Below, in pieces: positions 1-8,721 of a stretch of 64,000 bases of DNA (position 1 is its first letter; each line of letters opens with the position of its first letter). Source of the DNA: an uncultured Planctomycetota bacterium. GTDB taxonomy: Bacteria; Planctomycetota; PLA2; JAEUHO01. Location: positions 736,001-800,000 of the forward strand of contig CAVVXN010000005.1 in NCBI GenBank assembly GCA_963752285.1, written 5' to 3'. The translations under genes were made by a program, and so were the position numbers. The notes beneath the pieces were generated by a model, which was not told the origin of the DNA, searched no databases, and saw only the letters and a list, made by a program, of their open reading frames with translations.

Positions 1-453
1 AGCGCGGGCCAGCTCGAGGTGCAGCGACTCCTCGTCCCGGCGGTCGTGCACCTCGGCGGCGCCGAGGCGGCGGCGCTCCTGGAGGCGCAGGACCTCCTCC
101 GGTCGCTCGGATGGATCGTCGAGGGCTTCGGCGCGGGGACCGTCGCCGTCCACGGGATGCCGGCCGTCCTCCGGCGACCCGACCCCGAGGCCGCGCTGCT
201 CGACGTGCTGCAGGTGGTCGAGCAGGGCGAGCGCGCGGGGCTCGACCGGGCCCAGCTGCTGGGCGACGCCGTGGACCGCCTCGCGTGCCGCGCCGCGGTG
301 ATGGCGGGCGACCGGCTGCACGACGAGGAGGTGCTCGCGCTGCTCGCGGAGGCCGAGTCGCTCGAACACGCCCACTCGTGTCCGCACGGACGCCCGACGC
401 GGCTCACGATGTCGAGGGCCCACCTCGAGCGGTGGTTCCACCGCACGGTCTGA
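1..453 (+). CDS. mutL: DNA mismatch repair endonuclease MutL, C-terminal fragment (gene begins upstream of window)
   Basis: Frame is open from base 1. C-terminal MutL motifs ACRAAV..GD.L and SCPHGRPT, plus QRLLVP at the start of the C-terminal domain. Confidence 0.93.
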   Translation, partial: SAGQLEVQRLLVPAVVHLGGAEAAALLEAQDLLRSLGWIVEGFGAGTVAVHGMPAVLRRPDPEAALLDVLQVVEQGERAGLDRAQLLGDAVDRLACRAAVMAGDRLHDEEVLALLAEAESLEHAHSCPHGRPTRLTMSRAHLERWFHRTV

Positions 454-465
454 CGGGGTCGGCGA

Positions 466-1374
466 TCAGTTGGGGGCGGCGAACCGGCTCGCGTCCACCC
501 CGATGTTGATCTTGATGTCCTGCACGGTGGCCGAGAGGAAGGGCGTCGGCGACGGACGGCCGTCCGGGCCGGTCAGCAGCGCGTAGCCGTAGATCGTGCG
601 CGGGTAGCGGAACTCGCGGTTCTGCTGCGATCGCGCGTCGTCCCAGTCCTTGAGGATGTAGTCCTCGGTCGGGTCGCCCTTCGTGCGGTCGCCCTCGACG
701 CGGACGATGCCCGGCCAGGTCGCGACGTCCTCGCCCGTCTTCGGGTCCGTCTCGTACGCGATCCAGAACGTGATGTTGCTCCGACCCGCCACCTTCCGCA
801 CGACCTTGAGCCAGTTGCCGGCGTACACCGTGTTCGGCGTGCCCGTCGTCTTCTTCTCGAACACGAACGTGGTGCCGGGGCCCTTCAACGTCTGGGGGGC
901 GAGGAACGTGGCGATGTCGCCCAGGCGGTCGCGGTCGTCCTGGAGCTGCGTGATGGAGCGGCGACCCTCCGCCGAGAGCACGAGGTTCTGCACCCGGCCG
1001 TCCGGCAGCCGGATCCACGCCGTCGTCCCGTTCAGGATCTTCGTCGTGGTCGCGTTGTTCGTGGTGAGCTCCATCCGGTAGTTGCCGGGCTCCTGGAGCC
1101 AGAGACGCATCTCGCCGGTCGCCTGGTTCGCGTCGAGCTTCAGCCACGCGTCGAGCTTCGTGTAGAAGTCTCGGATGGAGGGGATGCCCTGCTGGCCGCG
1201 GGCGACGTACCGGACCATCTGGTCGAAGTACCGGGTTCCGAGGACGACCGACTGGTCGGCGGGCTGAGGAGCGGCCGGCGGGGCCACGACGGGGCCGCCT
1301 TCCGCACGGGCGGGGGCCCGGCCCGTCAGGAGGAGGGCGAGGCCGAACAGCGGGACGATCAGGCGCGTACGCAT
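466..1374 (-). CDS. Exported hypothetical protein, possibly LolA-like / lipoprotein-sorting fold
   Basis: ATG at 1374 gives signal peptide MRTRLIVPLFGLALLLTGRAPARA. Non-shadow amino-acid composition. Segment GEMRLWLQEPGNYRMEL..KILNGTTAW resembles LolA-like beta-sheet proteins. Fold call is tentative. Confidence 0.75.
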   Translation of the reverse strand: MRTRLIVPLFGLALLLTGRAPARAEGGPVVAPPAAPQPADQSVVLGTRYFDQMVRYVARGQQGIPSIRDFYTKLDAWLKLDANQATGEMRLWLQEPGNYRMELTTNNATTTKILNGTTAWIRLPDGRVQNLVLSAEGRRSITQLQDDRDRLGDIATFLAPQTLKGPGTTFVFEKKTTGTPNTVYAGNWLKVVRKVAGRSNITFWIAYETDPKTGEDVATWPGIVRVEGDRTKGDPTEDYILKDWDDARSQQNREFRYPRTIYGYALLTGPDGRPSPTPFLSATVQDIKINIGVDASRFAAPN

Positions 1375-1555
1375 CTTCCGTGTGCTCCCTGGGCCGCGCG
1401 GGCCCGAACCGCCGATCATAGGGGCGGAGCCGCGGGGCGGGGTCCAGGAGGGCCCCCGGGTGGGGGCCTCCGGGTTGGACGGGCCGGGCGCGGGGTGGGA
1501 TGCTCCCCGCCCGACCGAGGGGGGACCCTGCCCGGTCGGGGGAGGCGAGCGCCCC

Positions 1556-2860
1556 GTGCACCCGGTCGATCGGCCCCTCACCCGCGGCCTCGCGCCCGGC
1601 GTGACGCTCCACGTGCTGCCGACGCGGCGGTTCACGACCGCGTGGTGCCGGGTGGCGCTGCCCCGACGCCCGGGCCGGGACGTCAGCGGGACCTCGCTCC
1701 TCGCGAGTGTGCTCGAGGCGGCGACGGAACGCCACCCGACCCGCGAGGCGCTCGCGTGGGCGCTCGCCGACCTCGGCGGGGCGACGCTCGGCGTCTCCGT
1801 CGGCCGGCTCGGGGACGCCCACGTCCTCTCCGCCTCGCTCGAGTGGCCCCTCGCGGGCCTCGGCCGGAGGGAGGACCTCCTCGGGAAGGGCCTCCGACTC
1901 CTCGGCGACGTCCTCGCCCGCCCGAAGCGGGAGCGGCCCGGCCGGGACGACCTCGACGAAGGGATCGTCTCGACCGAGCGCCAGAACCTCGCGCAGAGCC
2001 TCGCCGCGGTCCGCGACGACAAGGCGCGCTACGCGCTCCGGCGACTCCTGGAGACCGCCTGCGAGGGCGAGCCGTACGCGACCGACGCGCTCGGGCGGAC
2101 CGAGGACCTCCCGGGGATCGACCCGCGGGGACTCTCGCGCCTGCACGCGAGGCTACTCGCGAGGAGCCCGGTCGTCGTGTTCCTCGCGGGCGACGTCGAT
2201 CCGGCCGCCGCCGTGCGTTCCGTGCGGCGTCACCTCCTCTGGCCCCGCCGCGCGGCGGGCGTGCGCCGCTTCCCACGCGCCGCCGCCGTACGCCGCGCCC
2301 GCGCGGTCCCGCGCCGCGTGGTCGAGCGCGACACCGTCCAGCAGACGCGCCTCGCGCTCGCCTGGCGGGCGCCGGTCGGTCCGCGCTCGCCGCTGCTCCC
2401 CGCGGCGGTCGTGCTGGCCGGCGTGCTCGGCGGCGGGTCGTTCTCGCGTCTCTTCAAGGTCGTGCGCGAGACGGACGGCCTGTGCTACGACGCGTCGGCG
2501 GCCTGGCACGCGGCGAAGGGGCTCCTCACGGTCGAAGCGGGCGTGGACGAGGCGGAGAGGGCCCGCGCGGTCCGGCGGGTGCGGTCCCTCGTCGCCGAGG
2601 TCGCCGCGGGACGGCTCGACGCGCGGTCCCTCCACGGGTTCGCGGAGGCGGTGCGGAGCCGGTTCGAGGCGCTCGGAGACGACCGGGCCTCGATCGCCGC
2701 CTGGTCGCTCGACGCGCTCCTGCTGGGGATCGATCCGGACCCGGAGGCCTATCGCCGGCGTCTCGCCGCCGTGGACGCTCGTGCGGTCCGGGCCGTGGGC
2801 CGGCGCCTCGGCGCCGAGGCGAGCTACGCGCTCGCGCCCCGGCCGGGGAGGCGGCCGTGA
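1556..2860 (+). CDS. M16 (insulinase) family protein, non-catalytic subunit, YmfF-like
   Basis: GTG at 1556 after GGAGG. LHVLPTRRFTT N-terminus and LGGGSFSRLFKVVRETDGLCY (M16 C-terminal R/Y motif). No HxxEH motif. Confidence 0.85.
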   Translation: MHPVDRPLTRGLAPGVTLHVLPTRRFTTAWCRVALPRRPGRDVSGTSLLASVLEAATERHPTREALAWALADLGGATLGVSVGRLGDAHVLSASLEWPLAGLGRREDLLGKGLRLLGDVLARPKRERPGRDDLDEGIVSTERQNLAQSLAAVRDDKARYALRRLLETACEGEPYATDALGRTEDLPGIDPRGLSRLHARLLARSPVVVFLAGDVDPAAAVRSVRRHLLWPRRAAGVRRFPRAAAVRRARAVPRRVVERDTVQQTRLALAWRAPVGPRSPLLPAAVVLAGVLGGGSFSRLFKVVRETDGLCYDASAAWHAAKGLLTVEAGVDEAERARAVRRVRSLVAEVAAGRLDARSLHGFAEAVRSRFEALGDDRASIAAWSLDALLLGIDPDPEAYRRRLAAVDARAVRAVGRRLGAEASYALAPRPGRRP

Positions 2861-4176
2861 GCCGCCCCCTCGCCGAGCGCCCGGTGGTCGAGGTCGCGCC
2901 GGTCACGGGACACGAGGTGGTCCGGGCGCGGACGCGCTCCGGGGCGGAGGTCGTCGTCGTCGTCATGCCCGGCTTCTCCTCCGCCTTCGCGGTGCTCGCG
3001 ACGCGGTTCGGATCGATCGACGACCGGCTGCCCGACGGGCGGAGGCTGCCGGCCGGCACCGCGCACTTCCTCGAGCACGTGATGTTCCAGAAGGAGACGG
3101 GCGACCTCTTCGACGTGTTCGAGGCGCGCGGCGCGGCGTCGAACGCCTACACGACGTTCCACCACACGGCCTACCTCTTCGCGTGTACGCACGACCTCGA
3201 CGAGAACCTCGCGACCCTCCTCGAGTCGGTGGCGCGGCTCGAGGTCGATGCGCCGCGGATCGAACGCGAGCGCGCGATCATCGGACAGGAGATCGCGCTC
3301 TACGCGGACGACGCCGCGTGGCGCGCGGCGTTCGGCCTCTACCGGGCGCTCTACCGGGCCCACCCCGTGCGGGACGACATCGTCGGGGACCGCGCGTCGG
3401 TCGCGCGGATCCGAAGGCCCCTCCTCCAAGCCGCACACGCGGCGTACTACGCGCCCGGGAACCTGGTGCTCGCCGTCGCGGGCGACGTGGACCCGGGCCG
3501 CGTGATCGTGGCGGCCGAGAGACGCCTCGGCCCGGCCCGCGGGCGCGCGCGGCGCGCGCCCCGGCGCGCGGCCGAGCCGGCCGCGGTCGCCCGCGCCGAG
3601 GTCCGCGCCCGGCTTCCCGTGGGGCGTACGCACGTCGTCCTGGGACTCAAGGACCGGCCGCGTGCGAACGGCCCGGCCCGGATCCGCCGGCATGTGGAGA
3701 CCGCGCTCGTCCTCGACCTGCTCTTCGGCGACGGTGGGCGGGTCGAGGCTCCGCTCTACCGCGAGGGCGTGGTGGACGACAGCCTCTCCGCGATCTACGA
3801 GGACGAGATCGACTTCGCGCACGTGGTCGTGAGCGCGGAGGTGGACGACGAAGCGCGTTACCGGGCCCGGCTCCTCCGTGCGCTCGACGAGGCGGGCGCC
3901 CGGCCGTTCGGGCGGGACGAGCTCGACCGGGTCCGCCGCCGCGCCCGCGGGCGGTTCCTGCGGACCTTCAACGCGCCCGAGAGCGCCGCCTACTGGGCAC
4001 TCGGCCACGCGCTCGACCGGGCGCCCCTCGGCGCACGCGTCGGCGCGCTCGACCGCGCCGCTCCCGCGGCGCTCGACCGTCGGCTCGCGACCCTGCTCCG
4101 GCTGCCGCGGGCGTGGTCGATCGTGACCCCCCCCGTTGAGGCGACCGGTCGCCGACGTAGAATCCCGGTCCGATGA
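2857..4176 (+). CDS. M16 family zinc peptidase, catalytic subunit, YmfH-like
   Basis: GTGA overlap with the upstream stop. FGSID, GTAHFLEHVMF (HxxEH), SNAYTT and ERAIIGQEI motifs. Confidence 0.9.
   Translation: MSRPLAERPVVEVAPVTGHEVVRARTRSGAEVVVVVMPGFSSAFAVLATRFGSIDDRLPDGRRLPAGTAHFLEHVMFQKETGDLFDVFEARGAASNAYTTFHHTAYLFACTHDLDENLATLLESVARLEVDAPRIERERAIIGQEIALYADDAAWRAAFGLYRALYRAHPVRDDIVGDRASVARIRRPLLQAAHAAYYAPGNLVLAVAGDVDPGRVIVAAERRLGPARGRARRAPRRAAEPAAVARAEVRARLPVGRTHVVLGLKDRPRANGPARIRRHVETALVLDLLFGDGGRVEAPLYREGVVDDSLSAIYEDEIDFAHVVVSAEVDDEARYRARLLRALDEAGARPFGRDELDRVRRRARGRFLRTFNAPESAAYWALGHALDRAPLGARVGALDRAAPAALDRRLATLLRLPRAWSIVTPPVEATGRRRRIPVR
4136..4163 (+). promoter_or_regulatory. Putative sigma70-type promoter for the WYL gene, with a 14-bp palindrome in the spacer
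   Basis: TTGAGG (4136-4141), N16, TAGAAT (4158-4163), ending 9 nt before ATG 4173. GGCGACCGGTCGCC at 4140-4153 is a perfect palindrome. Confidence 0.55.
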
Positions 4177-5273
4177 CCACCATCGCGCGCGATCGCATCC
4201 GTCGCTGCCTCGCCATGATCCCGTTGATCCGTGCGCGGCCCGGGATCCGCATCCCCGACCTGGCGTCGATCTTCGGGGTCCGCGAGGAGGAGGTCTGGGA
4301 GGACATCACGGAGGTCCTGACGCTCTGCGGCGTTCCCCCGTACCTCCCGCACAACTACCTGGTCTTCTCCATCCACGGCGATCGGGTGCGCATCCACTTC
4401 GCGGAGCACCTCTCCCGACCGGTGCACCTCACCCTGCAGGAGGCGCTGGCGATCGACCTGGCCCTGCGCAGCGTCTCGGGCGGACGTCCGCCGGCGTTCG
4501 GCGACGCCGCGCCGCGCCTGCGGGCGAAGCTGGCCCAGCTCCTGGGCGGGCGGGAGCGGGCCGCGCTCGAGCGGTTCGACCGGTCGCTCGCGGGCGCGCC
4601 GCCCTCCGACCTGGTCACGGACACGATCGGGGTGCTGAAGGAGGCGATGGCCCGGAACGTCTCGGTGGAGATCGAGTACTACACGGCCTCCCGGGACCGG
4701 GAGTCCACCCGGACGATCGACCCGTACGGCCTCGTGGACCACCGAGGGAACTGGTACGTCGTGGCCCGGGACCACCTGCGCGCGCGGGAGCTGCCCTTCC
4801 GCGTGGATCGGATCCGCGCGGCACGGATCCTGCCCGGCGCGGGGTACGAGGTCCCCGACACCTTCACCACGGAGGACTTCCGCCGGGACGAGATGTGGCG
4901 GGAGGGGCCCGAGGACATCGTGGTCAAGGTGCGGTTCGCCGCGCCCGTGGCCGCCCGGGTGCGGGAGGAGGCGGCACGCCGCGACGTGAAGGACGGCCCC
5001 GAGGGGAGCGTGATCCGGTCGTTCCGGATCCAGCGCGGACGGCCGCGCTGGCTCTTCACCCACGTGGCGCGCTACGGGCCCGCGGCGGAGGTCCTGGAGC
5101 CGCCCGAGGTCCGGCGGGGCATGGCGACCTTCCTGGACGCGGTGCGTCGGTCGTCCGGCGAGGCGCGCGAGGAGGCGGGATCCGTGGAGCCGCGGATCCG
5201 CCCGACGGCGACCGCGGCGGCGCGGAGCCGACCGAGCCGACCGAGAACCCGCCGGAAGCCGCGCTCCTCCTGA
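4173..5273 (+). CDS. WYL-domain transcriptional regulator, PafC-like (wHTH-WYL-WCX)
   Basis: N-terminal R.LAMIPLI..RPG....LA..FGV....V..DI..L.LCG.P pattern of PafC. WYL core IEYYTASRD.ESTRTIDPYGL....GNWYVVA.DH......PFRVDRI. C-terminal WL..YGP.AEVLEPPE.R. Confidence 0.9.
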   Translation: MTTIARDRIRRCLAMIPLIRARPGIRIPDLASIFGVREEEVWEDITEVLTLCGVPPYLPHNYLVFSIHGDRVRIHFAEHLSRPVHLTLQEALAIDLALRSVSGGRPPAFGDAAPRLRAKLAQLLGGRERAALERFDRSLAGAPPSDLVTDTIGVLKEAMARNVSVEIEYYTASRDRESTRTIDPYGLVDHRGNWYVVARDHLRARELPFRVDRIRAARILPGAGYEVPDTFTTEDFRRDEMWREGPEDIVVKVRFAAPVAARVREEAARRDVKDGPEGSVIRSFRIQRGRPRWLFTHVARYGPAAEVLEPPEVRRGMATFLDAVRRSSGEAREEAGSVEPRIRPTATAAARSRPSRPRTRRKPRSS

Positions 5274-5410
5274 TCGCGTCCGATCACTGGCCGATGGCGA
5301 GCGGATGGGGGCCCCGGTATCATCCGGACCAGCGGCCCCGGCGGCTACGGCTCCGGCGGGTGGCCGGGGGCGCGGGGTCTCTGCGACTGGGACGCGGAGG
5401 AGGTTGCGCC

Positions 5411-8400
5411 ATGGGCACGGGCGGGCTCCGACGGCTTCGGGCCGTGGGGCGGGGATCGGTCCTCGCCCTTTTCCTCCTCTCGACCGCTCGGACGGGGGTC
5501 GGCGCCGACGATGCGGCGTCGAAGGGTCCCGTCTGGACGCCGTACCACGCGGGACTCGAGTCCACCGGGATCTCCTCGCTCCGCATCCAGGGCCGGAACG
5601 CGGACGAGATGTTCGCCTTCGTGCACGGGCTCGGGATCGCGAGGTCCAAGGACGAGGGTCAGACCTGGGAGGTGATCCAGGAGGGGATCGACCCGAAGCA
5701 CGTCCCGGGACCGCGCGACCCCGTCGAGATCACGCTCGACTCCAAGGAAGACAAGCTCGTCTGGGTGGTGACGAAGGGCAACGTGTACTTCTCGGAGGAC
5801 GGCGGGGAGCACTGGCAGAACCGGTCGAGCGGCGCGCTCGTCTCCCGGTCCTGGGACCGGCGAGAGAGCGAGATGCTGATCCGCGGGGTCGCCGTGGACC
5901 CGAAGAAGAGCCTGCACGTCCTCGCGGGCACGCGCACCGGCGGGCGGATGCGCGGCGGTCTCTTCGAGACGAGCGACGGCGGCAAGACGTGGGAGCAGAT
6001 CGCGGGCGACGACGTGCAGAAGAGCGAGCTCGGATGCGACGCGTGGCCGATCGTGCTCGATCCGCGGACGGACAAGAACGTCGGCGTGGGGGGGGAGCGG
6101 GGCTTCTGGTTCAGCGACGACCGCGGTCGTCACTTCAAGCCGGCCGACATCGGCGACGTCGGCATCCATGTGGTCCACTCCGTGACCGAGCTCACGTCCC
6201 GGAGCAAGGAGCTCGTCCTGTGCGATGCGCGCGGCCTGTGGAAGTCGCGCGACGGTGGCAAGCACTGGGACAAGAAGCCCGTGCTCGAGGGGGATTGCCA
6301 GTTCGCCGCGCAGTCGCCGTGGAGCCGCAGCCTCGTGTTCGCCGTCCTCCGCGGCCGGGGCCTCGTGTCGAGCGAGGACGGGCGAAACGCGAAGTGGGAC
6401 TCGCGCGGCAACGAGGAGCTCGAGATTCGCGAGATCCTCTTCGACCCGCGCGACAAGGACCGGATCTTCTTCGCCAGCCCCTCGACCGGACTCTACGTGT
6501 CGAAGGACGACGGCGTGTCGATCGCACCCGTGAAGGGGAACGCGCCCGTCGTCGTCCCGGCTGTCGTCGCGGTCGCGCACCACCCGACGGACGTGGACCA
6601 CCTCCTCGCGGCGACGGACCAGGGTGTGCTGTTCGTCTCGGGCGACCGGGGCGAGTCGTGGAAGCGCGCCGGGCGCCTCGGGATGGTGCCCACGCGGCTC
6701 CTCGGCCTCCCGGCGTCCGACTCGACGTGGCTCGCGGCGGGCCGCCGGCTGCTCCGGAGCCCCGACCACGGGGCCACGTGGGAGAAGCTGTACGAGCCGG
6801 AGGACCCCGAGGAGCGCGTCGTGGACGTCGCCCGCGTCGGCGACGGGGGCCTCGCGATCCTGCTCGAGCGGTCTCGTACGGTCCTCGCGAGCAAGGACGG
6901 CGGGCGCACGTGGGAGACCTCGAAGCCGCCGACGAAGACGGCCGACGCGTGGGCGAGCTCCCTCGCGGTGGACGGCACGAATCCCGCGCACCTGCTGATG
7001 GCCACGCGAACCCTGGCGGACTCCTGGACGGGCAAGGACCACGAGGGCGGCCCGTTCGAGTCGTGGGACGGCGGCAAGACCTGGAAGCCGATCGCGGAGG
7101 GGCTCCTGTCCGTGAAGGAGCCGAAGCGGGACTGGAACCGCGGGCGCCTCGCGCTGATCGACCGCACGGCGGGGGTGATGCTCTACGCAGCCGACGGCCT
7201 GGGGCTCTTCGCACGGTCCATCGTCCCGCCCGACGACAAGTCGGCCGAGGCGGCGGGCTGGGTGGACGTGAGTCCGTCCCTGCCGCACTCCGTCGTGGAC
7301 GCGTGGACGGTGCTCGCCCCCGAGCAGGCCGGAGGGCCGGGCGAGCTGGTCCTCCAGGTGGACGGCGAGAACGAGACACGGCTCATCGCGCGCGCGAGCC
7401 TCGCGCGACTGGCGGCGCGGGCGAGCGGACAGGAGGCGGCCGCGACGCCCGGGGCCCCGGCGCTCTGGACGTCGATGCCCGACCCCGGGACGCGGCTGGC
7501 CTGCCTCGACGCGGACCCGCACCTCCACGGGCGCCTCGTCGGGGCCGACGCCGTCGGAACGGCGGGCGTGCTCGTGTTCGGGGTTCCGGGGCAGCGTCCC
7601 GCGGAGGAGGAGAAGCCGAGCGGCGCCGCGACGCCGGTCCCCGGCCCGTCCCAACCCGCGCACAAGCCCCCGCCGAGCGGCCTCCTCGCCTTCACGGCGG
7701 GGAGCGACGGTCAGGTCCGTGTGTGGAACCTGGCCGAGGGCAAGGTCTTGAAGAGCCTCAACGGGCACACCGACGAGGTGTACGCCGTGGCGCTCGCGCC
7801 CGACGAGAGCGTGGTCGCGACGGGCGGGGCCGACAAGTCGGTGCGCGTCTGGGACGCGGCGGACGGTAAGGAGCGGCAGACCCTCGATCCCAAGGAGTAC
7901 GACGCGAAGGTGAACGCCCTCGCGTTCGCACCCGACTCGAAGACGCTCTACGTGGCGATGGAGGAGAGCTGGGCGATCGTCCAGTGGAACCTCGAGACGC
8001 AGGAGCGCCACGCGCTCGAGGGGCACACGGCCGGCGTGCTCGCGTTGGCCCTCACGCCCGACGGGTCGCGCCTCGTCTCGGCGGGGCGTGACCGGACGAT
8101 CCGGGTCTGGGACCCGGCGGATCCCGCGTCGTCGCGGCGGATCGACGCGGGCATCGAGGTGCTGTGCCTCGCCGTCTCGCCGGACGGGAAGCGCGTCTAC
8201 GCCGGAGGGCGCGGTGCCTCGGTGCGCGTTTTCGACCTGGCGGAGGCCAAGCAGGTGGGCGCCGCCGAGGTCATGGGCGAGTACGTGAGCGACCTCGCGC
8301 TCGACCCGGAGGGCAAGCGGCTCTACGTCGCGGGCGACAAGGGCCTCGCGGCGGTAGACGCCGCGACCCTCGCGCCGGTGGAGGGGCCGGCCGCGGGACG

Positions 8401-8683
8401 GTACGAGGGTCCGTCGAAGGCGGTCTTCTCCGTGGCCGTCACGCAGGACGGGGGCTGGGTGGTCGCGGGGGACAGCGAGAGCGGCCTCTGGCTCTGGGCC
8501 ACGGACGAGGCGAAGCCGTACTGGTCGTCCACGACGGCCCACGCCGGGTCGATCCACGACGTGGTGCTCACGCCGGACGTGGCGCAGGCGAAGCCCGGCG
8601 AGGGCGGCGCCCCCGCCCCGGCGCCGCCGGACGGCGACCCGCCCGTGCCGCCTTCCGACGTCCCGTCGCCCGGCGGAAGCTAG
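5411..8683 (+). CDS. Large exported protein: BNR/Asp-box (VPS10/sialidase-like) propellers plus C-terminal WD40 propeller
   Basis: ATG 5411 after GGAGG, with a signal-like N-terminus. About 11 S.D.G.TW Asp-boxes, then WD40 repeats (GHTDEVYAVAL.PD...ATGGADKSVRVWD; GHTAGV...SAGRDRTIRVWD). Confidence 0.88.
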   Translation: MGTGGLRRLRAVGRGSVLALFLLSTARTGVGADDAASKGPVWTPYHAGLESTGISSLRIQGRNADEMFAFVHGLGIARSKDEGQTWEVIQEGIDPKHVPGPRDPVEITLDSKEDKLVWVVTKGNVYFSEDGGEHWQNRSSGALVSRSWDRRESEMLIRGVAVDPKKSLHVLAGTRTGGRMRGGLFETSDGGKTWEQIAGDDVQKSELGCDAWPIVLDPRTDKNVGVGGERGFWFSDDRGRHFKPADIGDVGIHVVHSVTELTSRSKELVLCDARGLWKSRDGGKHWDKKPVLEGDCQFAAQSPWSRSLVFAVLRGRGLVSSEDGRNAKWDSRGNEELEIREILFDPRDKDRIFFASPSTGLYVSKDDGVSIAPVKGNAPVVVPAVVAVAHHPTDVDHLLAATDQGVLFVSGDRGESWKRAGRLGMVPTRLLGLPASDSTWLAAGRRLLRSPDHGATWEKLYEPEDPEERVVDVARVGDGGLAILLERSRTVLASKDGGRTWETSKPPTKTADAWASSLAVDGTNPAHLLMATRTLADSWTGKDHEGGPFESWDGGKTWKPIAEGLLSVKEPKRDWNRGRLALIDRTAGVMLYAADGLGLFARSIVPPDDKSAEAAGWVDVSPSLPHSVVDAWTVLAPEQAGGPGELVLQVDGENETRLIARASLARLAARASGQEAAATPGAPALWTSMPDPGTRLACLDADPHLHGRLVGADAVGTAGVLVFGVPGQRPAEEEKPSGAATPVPGPSQPAHKPPPSGLLAFTAGSDGQVRVWNLAEGKVLKSLNGHTDEVYAVALAPDESVVATGGADKSVRVWDAADGKERQTLDPKEYDAKVNALAFAPDSKTLYVAMEESWAIVQWNLETQERHALEGHTAGVLALALTPDGSRLVSAGRDRTIRVWDPADPASSRRIDAGIEVLCLAVSPDGKRVYAGGRGASVRVFDLAEAKQVGAAEVMGEYVSDLALDPEGKRLYVAGDKGLAAVDAATLAPVEGPAAGRYEGPSKAVFSVAVTQDGGWVVAGDSESGLWLWATDEAKPYWSSTTAHAGSIHDVVLTPDVAQAKPGEGGAPAPAPPDGDPPVPPSDVPSPGGS

Positions 8684-8721
8684 GGCCCCAACGCTCCGTT
8701 CCCACCCCCGCGCCGGACGCG

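Noticed and set aside
4136..5410. Apparent N-terminal extensions fusing unrelated sequence to real genes (e.g. ORFs starting at 4136, 1495, 36079, 17124, 57654)
   Set aside because: The extensions overlap other real genes out of frame. Downstream starts with RBS or stop/start overlaps explain the proteins.
4173..8683. WYL gene as marker of an anti-phage defence island
   Set aside because: The neighbours are housekeeping or envelope genes with uniform composition, and no nuclease, restriction-modification, toxin or other defence genes were recognised.
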